Origin: Myxococcota bacterium
GTDB lineage: Bacteria; Myxococcota; JACRCW01
Assembly (NCBI GenBank): GCA_040752415.1
Contig: JBFMGU010000006.1
Coordinates: forward strand, 1 to 64,000
Direction: 5' to 3'
DNA: 64,000 nt
Positions 1-9,848 of this stretch are shown here, one piece after another. The translations under genes and the position numbers were made by a program. The first letter of the stretch is position 1. Every line of letters begins with the position of its first letter. The notes beneath the pieces were generated by a model that saw nothing but the letters and a program-made list of their open reading frames with translations, was not told where the DNA came from and did no database searches.

Positions 1-3000
1 TTCCCGCCCCGTCCACCACCGCCGCCGTATCCTCCGGCACCGCCCCACGTCGTGGGCATGTCCGGATCGCCGTGCACTGCGCCACCCACCATGCCGTCAT
101 GGGAGTCCCCGCCCGCGCCGCCGTGGCCGCCCCCCGCGCCACCCTGGCTGCTCCCTCCGTTCTGCCCGGCACCCAGTCCGCCACCCGACGGGTAGCCCTG
201 CGCCGAGGCATCCAGCCAGGCCCCCGACGCCAGCATGAAGGTGTCGGCGGTGACGTTGGGCAGGTTGCCCAGGATGAGCCCGCCGGTTGCCACCTGCAGC
301 GAGCCGACGTCGATCTCCTCCACCCCACCTTGCAGCGTGCCCTCCACCACCAACTCGGAGGCGGCCACGCGGGACAGCGGCGTGTCGATGGTGACGTTGT
401 CCCCGACGGTGACCGTGCCCCCCATGGCGATCTCCGGGGACGGTCCGACGGTGTAGAGCCCGCCGGGGGACGTGAGCGTCAGGTTGCCGGTGCCCGCGAG
501 GGTGACGTTGTGGGGGAGGAAGATGACGCTGCTGATCACGCAGGTGTCCGCCAGGGTCCCCGAGTTGCACAGGCTCTCTGGCGCCGACGCCACGGCGCGA
601 TAGGTCCCGGCGCCCGCCTGGTAGGAGCCCGGATCGACGAAGACCTCCCCGCGGAAATAACGGTCCGACTCCACGGCGATGCGGCCGCCGCCGCCCGGCC
701 CACCAAAGGAGCTGCTGCCGCCGAGCGCGGTGAGCGTGCCGGTGCCGGTGAGCGTCCCGTTGGGCACCCGCAGCCAGATGGAGCCGCCCGCGCCGCCGCC
801 GCCCGAGGTGGTGGTGCTCTCCCCGTTGACGCTGAGCGTGCCGTCCAACACCACGCTGACCTCGGCCTGGACGCGGATGATCCCGCCGCCACGACCACCC
901 ACCGCGCCACCGCCACCACCGCCGCCACCGGAGCCCTTGGTGATCGGCATGTCCGCGTTTCCGTACGCGACGCCACCCGCCATGCCCGTGGGCGAGACAC
1001 CACCCGCCCCACCGTGTCCGCCTCCGCCGCCACCCTGGCTGGAGCCGCCCGCCACCCCCACGCCCGGGCCCGCGCTCTCACCCAACGCCGCGGCATCCAC
1101 CAGCGCTCCCGTCTCCACCACCACCGACGACGCCGTGACGTCGATGTTTCCGCGGATGAGACCGCCGGACGCCAGGCGCACTTCGGAGGCCGCCTGCAGG
1201 GAATCCACGTCGCCGGTGATGGTCCCCGCCACCGTCACGTTGTTGCCGCTCAGCAGCTCCAGCTTCCCCTCGACGAGACCGCCGGCTTGCACCTGCACGT
1301 CGCCGGTCATGGTGATGGCAAAGGGGTCGCGCGGCTGGCGCAGCGTGCCGGTGCCGGAGACGGTGAGCGCGCCGGGACCAACGAGGTCCACGTCCTCGGG
1401 CAGGTCGCGCACGGTGGTGATGGTGCAGGTGTCCTGCAGGGTGCCCACGTCGCACAGCGAGCTCACGTCGGAGTACTGGGCGCGGTAGGTGCCGGGCTGA
1501 CCGGTCTGGGAGGACCCCACGCCACCCTCAACGCGGACGCGCCCGTGGAAGATCGTCGGTGCCTCCAGGCGGATGCGCCCGCCCCCGCCGCCGGAGACCG
1601 CGAATCCGGTGGCGCCGCCGCCGCGCGCGGAGAACGTGCCGGTGCCCTGCAAGGTGCCGGTGGTGAGCCACAGGGAGCCGCCCGCGCCGCCGCCGCTCTC
1701 CGCTCCCACGGCTCCGTCGACGGAGATGCGCCCGTTGTTCAGCGTGGCGCCGGCCACCACCCAGCGCATGGCGCCACCGCCTGCCGCGCCGGCATTGGAT
1801 CCCGCGCCGCCAGCGGAGCCCTGCGTCGTGGGCTGGTCGGGGTTGCCGTAGACGGGACCGGGACTCTCGCCGAAGCCGCCAACGCCGCCCAGCCCGCCGT
1901 GACTCCCGCCCGCGCGGGGCTGTCCTCCGCCCGGACCCGCGCCCGCGGAGCTGACCACGCCGGGGTAGCCGCGCCCCTCCGCGCTGATCACGCCATTGGT
2001 GTCCACCGTCAGGCTCGCCACGGAGGCCAGCGTGATGTTGCCTTCCAACGTGCCCGCAATGACGACGTCATCCGCCACCAGCTCACTGAAGTCCGCGGTG
2101 ATGCGACCGCTACTCTCCACGGTGACGTCCCGCCCCATCCGCAGCGAGACCTGTCCGCTTGGCCAGCGCAGCTCCCCGGTGCTCCTGATGATCAACGTGC
2201 CCTTGCCGCCCAGCACCGTGGAGTCGGTGACCTCGTGGGGCGTGGTGATCTCGCAGGTGGTGCGCAGGGTGCCGTTGTCGCAGACCCAGTTGTCCGCCCG
2301 CGTGGAGATGGTCATGGTCTGGCTGTCCGCCAGGAACACGTCCTCCTCCAGCGCCGCGGTGTTCCCCGCCACGTCGCGCAATGAGGACGGGCTGGCCAGG
2401 TTGATGCGCGGGAACACGTCGTCATTGGAGAGCGCCGGCGTGTTGTCCCCGTCCTGCACCGTGTAGCTGAAGCGCAGCGTGGTGCCCTCCAGGCCGGATT
2501 GGTACGTCGCCGCGCGCGCGGTGGCGGCGCCGGTGGCCAGGGGCAGAGAGAGCACGTTTGCCGGCGTGTCGGAGGCGGGGTCCAACCGCACCGGCTCGTC
2601 GAACACCACGTCGATACGGATGGTGTCACCCACGTAGTAGATCACCGCCGGGTCGGGCGACGTGATGGTGACGATGCGTGGTCCCACGGTGTCGCGCGTG
2701 AACGACGCGGAGGTGGCGCTCTCAACCTGCTGCTCGACGCCATCCGCGTTACGCCCCAGCACACACACCGTGATCATCCCGTCGGGGAACGCGCCCAGCG
2801 CGTCGGTGATGTGCTGGGAGATGGGACGCACGCTGCCGTAACCGGCGCTGTCCGCGCACGCCTGCGCGTCGCCGGAGAGGACCTTGTGACGGTAGGCGGT
2901 CACCCCCGCCCCCGCCACGGTGACGTCGAGCTGGGCAACCCGCGTGGCGCCCACCGGGACCCCCTGCAGCTCCGCCACCACCACCGGCACCGCCGCGTCG

Positions 3001-3431
3001 GGGGATGGTGCCGCGTCGGGCGGTGGCGCGGCGTCGGGCAGCTGCGCGGCGTCGGGAGTCGCGGCGGCGTCGGCAGGTTCCGCGGCGTCGGCGGGTTCCG
3101 CGGCGTCGGGTGTCACCGCGGCATCGGGGACCGCGGCATCGGGAGTCACGGCGGCATCGGTCACCGCGGCGTCGCGTCCGCCCGCGTCGGGCCGCTCGGC
3201 GGCGTCGGGACGGGAGGCGTCCGGCGTGGTGGATGCGTCGGGCGCGGCACCGGCGTCCACGCGCGGGCCGGTCCCCGCGGGGTCCAACGTGCACAGCGCG
3301 TCGACGCCACACACGAACGCCACCGGACAATCCTCGTCGGACTGGCACGGCATGGGCGGCAGGCATCCGGTCAGGCCCACCGCCACCAGCAGGATCCACG
3401 CACGCATCTCGGCCTTCCCCCGTGACTTCAT
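1..3431 (-). CDS. Large Gly-rich repeat lipoprotein, 3' end runs off the window (absent from the ORF track)
   Basis: Manual translation from ATG 3431 (ATGA overlap with the upstream stop; alternative ATG 3407): MRAWILLVAVGLTGC lipobox, Cys-rich CQSDEDC..C, about 16 (P)DAA linker repeats, an Ig-like segment, then three ~280-aa units each starting CxxGTLxxTCxI and containing GGxHGGxGG; the two complete units also carry GGGAGGS(I/L)WL and GGGGRI. Frame stays open to position 3. Confidence 0.85.
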   Translation of the reverse strand, partial: MKSRGKAEMRAWILLVAVGLTGCLPPMPCQSDEDCPVAFVCGVDALCTLDPAGTGPRVDAGAAPDASTTPDASRPDAAERPDAGGRDAAVTDAAVTPDAAVPDAAVTPDAAEPADAAEPADAAATPDAAQLPDAAPPPDAAPSPDAAVPVVVAELQGVPVGATRVAQLDVTVAGAGVTAYRHKVLSGDAQACADSAGYGSVRPISQHITDALGAFPDGMITVCVLGRNADGVEQQVESATSASFTRDTVGPRIVTITSPDPAVIYYVGDTIRIDVVFDEPVRLDPASDTPANVLSLPLATGAATARAATYQSGLEGTTLRFSYTVQDGDNTPALSNDDVFPRINLASPSSLRDVAGNTAALEEDVFLADSQTMTISTRADNWVCDNGTLRTTCEITTPHEVTDSTVLGGKGTLIIRSTGELRWPSGQVSLRMGRDVTVESSGRITADFSELVADDVVIAGTLEGNITLASVASLTVDTNGVISAEGRGYPGVVSSAGAGPGGGQPRAGGSHGGLGGVGGFGESPGPVYGNPDQPTTQGSAGGAGSNAGAAGGGAMRWVVAGATLNNGRISVDGAVGAESGGGAGGSLWLTTGTLQGTGTFSARGGGATGFAVSGGGGGRIRLEAPTIFHGRVRVEGGVGSSQTGQPGTYRAQYSDVSSLCDVGTLQDTCTITTVRDLPEDVDLVGPGALTVSGTGTLRQPRDPFAITMTGDVQVQAGGLVEGKLELLSGNNVTVAGTITGDVDSLQAASEVRLASGGLIRGNIDVTASSVVVETGALVDAAALGESAGPGVGVAGGSSQGGGGGGHGGAGGVSPTGMAGGVAYGNADMPITKGSGGGGGGGGAVGGRGGGIIRVQAEVSVVLDGTLSVNGESTTTSGGGGAGGSIWLRVPNGTLTGTGTLTALGGSSSFGGPGGGGRIAVESDRYFRGEVFVDPGSYQAGAGTYRAVASAPESLCNSGTLADTCVISSVIFLPHNVTLAGTGNLTLTSPGGLYTVGPSPEIAMGGTVTVGDNVTIDTPLSRVAASELVVEGTLQGGVEEIDVGSLQVATGGLILGNLPNVTADTFMLASGAWLDASAQGYPSGGGLGAGQNGGSSQGGAGGGHGGAGGDSHDGMVGGAVHGDPDMPTTWGGAGGYGGGGGRGG

Positions 3432-4318
3432 GACGCCACCGCCCCCACCGCCACGCTTCCGCCACCCGCCGCGCCCAGCGCCAGACCCACCACCAACGCC
3501 AGCACGCCCAGCGCACCGCCCGCCCCCACCACGGCGAGGAACGCGGTGCGCAGCGCGCGTCCGGTCACGTTCTCCGGCTGGGCCCACCAGTACGCGTACG
3601 CGCTGCCGGCCACCGCGCCGCTGACGGCCCCCAGCACCAACGCCACACCCGCCGCGGCCAGCACCGCCACGCCCCCACCCATCAGCGCCGTGGCCCACAT
3701 CGGCCGCGCAGCGGGCTCCGCGCTCGGCGTGACGACGGGAGACGCGGGCGCTTGCGGGGCGGGCAGTGGCGCGGTGGTCGTCGCAGCGGGCGCGGCCGGG
3801 GCCAGTGCGGGCGTGGCCGGGGCCGGGGCGGGCGCGGGTGACGGGGGAGCGGCAGAAATACCGAGCAGACGGTCCACCACCACGCCCACGGCGGGAACCA
3901 GCACGGCCTCGGACTCGCCCTCCACCGGGAGGCTCACCGTGGCCACCGACGCCGCAGTGCGCGCGTGCAGCAACGACGCCGACACCAGCCAGGTGGGACC
4001 GAGCCGCCCGAGCGACCCGCTCAGCACGTAGTCCACCCCCAGCGCGCCGGCGAGCTCCGCGGTGCAGGAAGCATCAGTGCAGCCCATCAGCGACCGCTGG
4101 CGCTCCACACTGAGCAGCGTCTCCGTCTCCTGCATGCTCACCACGCGACCGAACACCCGGCGCTCCTTCACCGCGGCGAGCAGGTGCGTGGTCAACAGGT
4201 CCGCGGTGTCCTGCGTCACCCCCTGGCGGGGCTGCAGCGACACCACCACGACGGACGCATCTGGACTGATGTTCGCGGACAACAGGCTCAGGGACAGCAG
4301 GAGCAGCGGTGTGGACAT
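3428..4318 (-). CDS. Secreted/membrane protein with N-terminal DUF2380/CsgG-like alpha/beta domain, Pro/Ala linker and two C-terminal hydrophobic helices
   Basis: Start moved to MSTPLLLLSLSLLS (purine-rich RBS); motif LMGCTDASCTAELAGALGVDYVLSGSLGRLG; similar to 30721-31233 and 31846-32712. Confidence 0.75.
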   Translation of the reverse strand: MSTPLLLLSLSLLSANISPDASVVVVSLQPRQGVTQDTADLLTTHLLAAVKERRVFGRVVSMQETETLLSVERQRSLMGCTDASCTAELAGALGVDYVLSGSLGRLGPTWLVSASLLHARTAASVATVSLPVEGESEAVLVPAVGVVVDRLLGISAAPPSPAPAPAPATPALAPAAPAATTTAPLPAPQAPASPVVTPSAEPAARPMWATALMGGGVAVLAAAGVALVLGAVSGAVAGSAYAYWWAQPENVTGRALRTAFLAVVGAGGALGVLALVVGLALGAAGGGSVAVGAVAS

Positions 4319-4422
4319 GGCCCCTTCCACGCGCGAAGGCGCGCTTGCGGAAGCGGGATTCTGGCGTCGGTAGGGGATGGGTGACAAGGCGATGCGGAAG
4401 GAACCCGGGCCTGCTCGCGCAG

Positions 4423-4661
4423 AGCCTGAAGCAGCGCCAGCTTTGGGAGTGCGTGTGCAAGCGCCCATGCAGGCACCCCTGCACAGTGGTGGCGCGCAGC
4501 ACCGCTTTCGCCTCGGGAAGCATCGGTCGCCACCCGACCGACTTGGGCCGGTGATGAACGAATCAGCTTGAAGCCAAAGCGGTGCTGCGCGCCACCACTG
4601 TGCAGGGCTGCCTGCATGGGCGCTTGCACACGCACTCCCAAAGCCGGCGCTGCTTCAGGCT
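4423..4661. repeat. Intergenic inverted repeat, ~92-bp arms (4423-4514 / 4570-4661), REPIN-like
   Basis: agcctgaagcagcgccagctttgggagtgcgtgtgcaagcg...caccgcttt pairs with aaagcggtg...cgcttgcacacgcactcccaaagccggcgctgcttcaggct. Confidence 0.9.
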
Positions 4662-4700
4662 GGGTGAGAACAGGAAGCTTCGTTGTCGCCGGTGGCCGGC

Positions 4701-6596
4701 TCAGCGACGACGGCGATGCGACACCACCAGCGCCAGCCCCAGCAGCGCCACGCCGTGCCACGCGGTGCGAGTGTGCTCGAGGTCGGGGGAGGCGTTGCAG
4801 CCGCATGCCGGGCCTTGACCGCCATCATCGCCATCGTCGCCGTCGTCGCTGGGCGCGGAGGGCGTGGGCGCGGCATTCACCGTCACGGTGACCGGCTCGG
4901 AGCTGCTCGTCGCGTAGGCGGCGGTACCCGCGTACTCGGCGTGGATGGTGTGCGTGCCGGGCTTGAGACCGGGGACGGTGAGCGCGGCGCCGCCCTCGGA
5001 GAGCGTGCCGTAGCCGAGCGTGACCTCGCCGTCCTTGAAGGCCACCACCCCCGTGGGCGCGCCGCTCGTCGCGGATACCGTGGCCACCAGGCCCAGCGAC
5101 TCACCCTCGTCCAGCGCGGTGCGCCCGGCCACCAGCGTGGTGGTGGTGGCGGCGACGTTGACGGTGAGTGACACCGGCGGGGAGGTGCTCGCCACCGCGC
5201 TCGTCGGTGAACCGTGCACGGCGGTCAGCTCATGCGCGCCCGGCGCCAGGTTGGAGGTGGCAAACGACGCCACGCCACCGCTCAGCGCCACCACCGCCAG
5301 CGTGGACGCGCCGTCCTGGAAGGTGACCTGGCCGGTGGCCACGCCGTGTGGGTCGGTCACCGTGGCGGTCAACGTCACCACCTCTCCCGCCGCGGCGGGA
5401 TTGGGCGTCACCGTCAGCGTGGTGCTGGTCTCCACGTCGATCACCTGCGCCAACGGCACCGACGTGCTGGGGCCGTAGGTGGTGTCACCCTGGTAGCGCG
5501 CGGTCAGCGTGTGCAGCCCCGGCGTCAACATGGCGCGGGTCAGCGTGACCGAGCCGTTGGTGAGCGGCAGGTTGTCCACCAGGTTCCCGCCGTCCATGAC
5601 GTCGACGGTACCGGAGGGCGTGCCGCCGGCGCCGGTGACCGTGATGGTGAACGTGACGCTGTCCCCCAGGCGCGCGGGGTTGGCCGAGCTGGTGAGCGTG
5701 GTGGTGCTGGCCAGCCCCACGATCCACACCGTGGCGGAGCCGGGCGTGCCGGGCACGAACAGTCCCTCACCGAGAGCCACGTCCACCGACTCGGGCACCT
5801 CGGCCTCGTTGTCGTCGAGCGCGGTCACGGTGAGCGCGACGCGGTCGGCGTTGGCGGGGAGGGTGACCCGCGCGGGCAGGGCGGTGTAGTCCGCGCCCGG
5901 CGTGGCGCTGCCGCCCACCACCAACGGCACATCCAGCGGCGCAGCGAGGCTGCCGGAGCGGAACACGGTGACCGTGGCCACGTCGCTGCCGCCCTCGCGC
6001 GCCTCGGCGTCAAAGGCACGCAGCCAGACCTCCGGCAGACCGCAGGAGAGGTCCACGCTCCAGTCCACCAGCGCGCCGTGGTGCCCCTGCTGCAGGTCCT
6101 CCAGCTCCAGCGTCCAGGTGCCGTTGCGCGGCCCCCCGGAGAGCGCGCCCAGCGACGTGACCGGCGACACCGTCCCATCCACCGCGGGCACCGTGGCGCG
6201 GCACGGGACCTGGGCGCTGCCCCCGGGTGAGAAGGTGACTTCCACGTCGTCACCGGGGCATCCGCCGGGAAGCGTGTCGCGGAGGTGGCCGCTCAGGAGC
6301 GTGGCAGTGGTACCCGAGGGAGCACGCACGCGGATGACCAGGTCGCCCACGTTGTCGTGCACCGCGTGCACCCGCACCGAGACCTGCTCCACCTGCGGAT
6401 TGGGGCAGCTGTCGGTCACCGTCATGGTGCTGGAGAGCACGCGCGGCATGCCGCGGTAGTCGGCGTTGTACCCGTCGGAGATGCGGCCCGGGCAGCGCAC
6501 GCCCTCGCTGGCCTGGCAGGTGTGGGTGGCGGCGCGGGCCTCCGACGAGACGGCCATTGCCAGCAGCACCAGGGAGGTCACCCGTGACGTCTTCAT
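4701..6596 (-). CDS. Surface protein: proprotein-convertase P-domain + Calx-beta + three bacterial Ig-like (Big_3) repeats + MYXO-CTERM anchor
   Basis: Signal peptide MKTSRVTSLVLLAMAVSSEARA; HDNVGDLVIRVRAPSGT...NGTWTLELED (P-domain); GSATPGADY...DDNEAEVPE (Calx-beta); three TTTTL..S/T repeats with G.HTLTA.Y.G; C-terminus CGC...LLGLALVVSHRRRR. Alternative start 6623. Confidence 0.85.
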   Translation of the reverse strand: MKTSRVTSLVLLAMAVSSEARAATHTCQASEGVRCPGRISDGYNADYRGMPRVLSSTMTVTDSCPNPQVEQVSVRVHAVHDNVGDLVIRVRAPSGTTATLLSGHLRDTLPGGCPGDDVEVTFSPGGSAQVPCRATVPAVDGTVSPVTSLGALSGGPRNGTWTLELEDLQQGHHGALVDWSVDLSCGLPEVWLRAFDAEAREGGSDVATVTVFRSGSLAAPLDVPLVVGGSATPGADYTALPARVTLPANADRVALTVTALDDNEAEVPESVDVALGEGLFVPGTPGSATVWIVGLASTTTLTSSANPARLGDSVTFTITVTGAGGTPSGTVDVMDGGNLVDNLPLTNGSVTLTRAMLTPGLHTLTARYQGDTTYGPSTSVPLAQVIDVETSTTLTVTPNPAAAGEVVTLTATVTDPHGVATGQVTFQDGASTLAVVALSGGVASFATSNLAPGAHELTAVHGSPTSAVASTSPPVSLTVNVAATTTTLVAGRTALDEGESLGLVATVSATSGAPTGVVAFKDGEVTLGYGTLSEGGAALTVPGLKPGTHTIHAEYAGTAAYATSSSEPVTVTVNAAPTPSAPSDDGDDGDDGGQGPACGCNASPDLEHTRTAWHGVALLGLALVVSHRRRR

Positions 6597-6615
6597 TCCG
6601 GCTCCTGCGCGCGAC

Positions 6616-8514
6616 TCAGTCATTGTCCACCACCGTCAGCGTGATGGCGGGCAGCGTCAGGCCCGCGAATCCAGGGTCGTCGGTGACGAGCACCGGGGTC
6701 AGGGTCACCGTGGCGTCTCCGTCAGCGGTGGCGTTCTCCAACGCGCCCACCGGCAGGTCCTGCGTGGCGGGATAACCCGAGAAGCTCAGGAACGTGCGCG
6801 GCGTGCCGGGGGCGGCGCGGGCCGGCGTGTCGGCGTGGAGCGCCACGGTCAGCGACGTGGGAGCGCCCTGGCGATTGGGCTCACCCGCGGGAGCGTGCCG
6901 GACGGTGATGGAGAAGGTGGCCGTCTCGCCCTCGTTCACGCTCGCGGGTCCGGTGATGGTGACGTCGTCGGGGTCCTGCACCACCAGGCCCACGTCCAGC
7001 GGGTCCAGCCCGTCAAAGGCGGGATCCGCGCTGGTGGTGGCGCCCAGCTCCACGCGCAGCAGCAGCGGACCGTCGGCGGTGTCGTTGGCCCCCACGTTGA
7101 CCTGCACGGTCTGCCCGGAGAACCAGGAGCTGGGCGGGATGGTCACCGAGGCCGGCACGCTGGCACGCGTGGGATCACTCACCGCCAACGGGATGGTCAC
7201 GCTCTGTGTTGGCTCACGCACCAACGTGATCACGAACGTGGCGGTCCCGCCCTCGGCGACGACGAGCCGGTTGACGTCGGTGATCACCCCGGAGATGGAG
7301 CGGCCGGTGCCGAACGCCGGCAGGGCCACGCCGCTTCCGGTGTCGGGCGTGAAGGTGCTGACCAGGTACCCGCCGCGTGGCGCGGTGCCGTGCGAGAGGT
7401 TGACGTGCAGGACGCCGCTGGCGTGCGGGATGCCGGCCTGCGCGTCCAGGGTCACCAGGTTGGACACCAGGGGCAGCAGCGTGTTGGGCGCCGCCGCGAT
7501 CTCCTCCTGGTCATCAAACGACGTCACCGACGCGGTCTGCAGCGGAAACGGCGCGGGCAGGGTGCCGCAGGTGAACGGCAGCACCGTGGCGCCGGGATCC
7601 CGCCAGGCCAGCAGGTGGGTCTGCCCCTGCGCCAGCGGGCCATATGCTCCACCCGCGCCCGCGCCGGCGTGGCGCACCTGCCAGACGCTGGGCAGCGGCT
7701 CCAGCCGATCCTGGCCGCCGCTGGCGCCGCGGTGCTCGTAGAAGGTGCCCAGTCCCACGTCGAGACTCCGGCTGCCCACCTGCGCGGCCTCGACGTGCGC
7801 CATGGGCGCGGTCAGCCCCAGGCCCCGCGTGCGGTGGATGATGGTGAACTCACCGAGCAGGTAGTTGGCGAGCCAGGAGTTGTCCCAGTAGCCGGGGTCC
7901 CCGGGGAGCAGGGAGTTGCAGGAGGTGATCAGCTCCGCCGTCACGTAGCCGCGCGCAATCCCGTCGCCGTGGTCCTGCCCGCCGCAGCGGCCGCCCCAGT
8001 CCTCCACGGGCTGGCCGGTGAGCGCCGCGCGGACCCGCGCCTGGCGCGCCTCGCTCCACGTCGTGGGCGGGAGCGGGTCGCCTTCCACGGTACCGCTGGG
8101 GTAGCCGGCGCCGCCCGCCGTGCAGGAGGCAAAGTTGATGTCCTGCGAGAAGTCGCCCTGCGGGCTGATGTCGTCACGCTGGTCCTGTCCGTCGGTGGCG
8201 GTGTGCGGCGGCAGGCCGTGGGCGAGCAGCAGGCGCAGGTCCACCTCGGTGACGTCGTAGCCGGTGTTGTAGACGGAGAACGACGTCACCGGCACGCCCA
8301 GGTCCGTCCACAACGTCACCTTCACCAGCGTGGCGGTGGCGGAGACGTTGGTGATGACAAAGGAGGTGTTGACGTTGTTGGGGTCGTCCAGGTCCACCTC
8401 GAAGTGGGGCAGGAGGAGCAGCTTGGCGGGAGCCACGTCCAGCGTCCCGGGACGGGCCAGCGCGGGCAGCGTGCTCAGCGTGGCGGCAAGGAGGGTGAGG
8501 AGACGGATCTTCAT
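6616..8514 (-). CDS. Secreted protein of an uncharacterised family, with C-terminal Calx-beta-like domains
   Basis: Signal peptide MKIRLLTLLAATLSTLPALA with GGAG RBS; N-domain DVAPAKLLLLPHFEVDL...TGYDV...TATDGQDQRDDISPQGDFSQDINFASC; C-terminal VAEGGT...DPAFDGLDP..V.L.V.D.D and ..TVVDND. Confidence 0.85.
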   Translation of the reverse strand: MKIRLLTLLAATLSTLPALARPGTLDVAPAKLLLLPHFEVDLDDPNNVNTSFVITNVSATATLVKVTLWTDLGVPVTSFSVYNTGYDVTEVDLRLLLAHGLPPHTATDGQDQRDDISPQGDFSQDINFASCTAGGAGYPSGTVEGDPLPPTTWSEARQARVRAALTGQPVEDWGGRCGGQDHGDGIARGYVTAELITSCNSLLPGDPGYWDNSWLANYLLGEFTIIHRTRGLGLTAPMAHVEAAQVGSRSLDVGLGTFYEHRGASGGQDRLEPLPSVWQVRHAGAGAGGAYGPLAQGQTHLLAWRDPGATVLPFTCGTLPAPFPLQTASVTSFDDQEEIAAAPNTLLPLVSNLVTLDAQAGIPHASGVLHVNLSHGTAPRGGYLVSTFTPDTGSGVALPAFGTGRSISGVITDVNRLVVAEGGTATFVITLVREPTQSVTIPLAVSDPTRASVPASVTIPPSSWFSGQTVQVNVGANDTADGPLLLRVELGATTSADPAFDGLDPLDVGLVVQDPDDVTITGPASVNEGETATFSITVRHAPAGEPNRQGAPTSLTVALHADTPARAAPGTPRTFLSFSGYPATQDLPVGALENATADGDATVTLTPVLVTDDPGFAGLTLPAITLTVVDND

Positions 8515-8534
8515 GGCGTCAGCTCCAGGGGCCG

Positions 8535-9761
8535 TCACGGGTAGGAACCCAGGTGGGCGGGACGCAGGGCGTCGTCGGTGGCGGCGGCGCGCTGCAGGCT
8601 CAGGAAGGGACGCACGGCGCCCTGGCGCTCCGGGTGGGTGAGCACCAGCACCACGCCCTGCGCGGCGTCCGGGTCCATGGCCGGCGCCAGCTCCGTGGGG
8701 TCACCGCGGTGATGCAGGGACAGGTGCATCCACCCTTCCCGCGCCACCACCGGCAGCGCGGCCTCGCCCACCACGGTGCGCGTCACCACGTGCGGAAAGA
8801 GCGGCCGCTGCGAGAAGTCCAGCACCTCCTCCTGGCGATCAAAGACCCACAACGCCTCGAGCGGCAGCGTCCCGTAGCCCGGCCCCTCGTCGCAGGCGAA
8901 GTCGGTCACCGCCACCTTGGGGTCGCGCCACACCAACAGCTCCGCGCGGCCGGTCACGTAGGGGATGGCGTAGTTGCCGGCGAGCGGCTCCCGCCCGTCC
9001 AGCCCGCTGTGTCCGACGAGACGGCCGTAGAAGGTGGGCAGGTAGGTGTTGTTTGCCACGCCCGCCTCCAGGTGGACCGCCGGCGCGCCCGCCGTCTGCG
9101 TGCCGTCCACCAGGAAGAATTCACCGAGCAGCCGGTTCTGCCGCGCGGCCACGCCGCCGCCGTTGGGCAGGAAGTACCCGTCCTCGCCGGGGAAGCGCGG
9201 GTCGCAGCTGTTGACCACGTCGACGGTGACGTAGCCCCGGGCCACCCGGTCTCCGCGGGCCGGCGCGGCGCAGCGACCGGTCTGCCCCGGCAGCGGTGAG
9301 CCCGTCAGCGCGGCCTGCACCCGCGCAACCTCGGTGGCGTCGAGCGCCGCGTAAGGGAGCACGCCGTTGCAGGTGGCGAAGTTGATGTCCTGGGACTGGT
9401 CGCCCTGCGGACTGATGGTGTCGGCCTGGTCCTGCCCGTCGGTGGCGGTGGCCGGCAGCGTGCCCGTGAGCACGTCGCGCAGGCGGAACACCTCCACGTC
9501 ATAGCCAGTCAGGTACACGTTGAAGCGCAGCACCGGCACGCCGGCCTCCGACCACACCACGACGTTGGTCAGCGTGGCATTGGGCTCCCGGTTGCTGATG
9601 CCCAGGATGGTGTCCTTCCCATTGGCGGCATCCAGGTCCGCCTCCGCGTACGGGAAGAGCAATGTGGCGGCGGGCACGTTGTCCTGCGCACCCCACTCGG
9701 CGTGGGCGACGGCGGGAAAGGTGGCGCTCAAGGCCAGCGCCAGGGACAGCGAACGTTTCAT
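8535..9761 (-). CDS. Secreted protein, paralog of the N-terminal domain of 6616-8514
   Basis: Signal peptide MKRSLSLALALSATFPAVAHA with AGGAG RBS; DNVPAATLLFPYAEADL...YLTGYDV...TATDGQDQADTISPQGDQSQDINFATC...ARGYVTVD. Confidence 0.88.
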   Translation of the reverse strand: MKRSLSLALALSATFPAVAHAEWGAQDNVPAATLLFPYAEADLDAANGKDTILGISNREPNATLTNVVVWSEAGVPVLRFNVYLTGYDVEVFRLRDVLTGTLPATATDGQDQADTISPQGDQSQDINFATCNGVLPYAALDATEVARVQAALTGSPLPGQTGRCAAPARGDRVARGYVTVDVVNSCDPRFPGEDGYFLPNGGGVAARQNRLLGEFFLVDGTQTAGAPAVHLEAGVANNTYLPTFYGRLVGHSGLDGREPLAGNYAIPYVTGRAELLVWRDPKVAVTDFACDEGPGYGTLPLEALWVFDRQEEVLDFSQRPLFPHVVTRTVVGEAALPVVAREGWMHLSLHHRGDPTELAPAMDPDAAQGVVLVLTHPERQGAVRPFLSLQRAAATDDALRPAHLGSYP

Positions 9762-9787
9762 TCAAGGACTCCTTGCCGGGTGCGCTC

Positions 9788-9803
9788 TGCAACTGGCGGG
9801 CCT
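9788..9803 (-). promoter_or_regulatory. Candidate sigma-54 (-24/-12) promoter for the 9761->4701 genes
   Basis: Minus strand AGGCCCGCCAGTTGCA has GG-N10-GC spacing and resembles TGGCACGnnnnTTGCW; lies just upstream of the AGGAG RBS of the gene starting at 9761. Confidence 0.4.
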
Positions 9804-9848
9804 TCAAGCACATCACCGCCGCGACGCACAATCGTTTTCCGAGGGCCA

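Noticed and set aside
72..2384. 770-aa plus-strand ORF
   Set aside because: Antisense shadow of the minus-strand lipoprotein; Arg/His/Ala-rich composition typical of high-GC off-frames
2990..3260. Short tandem GCGGCGTCGGG-like repeats as a possible CRISPR array
   Set aside because: They encode the PDAA linker; no constant repeat-spacer period and no cas genes
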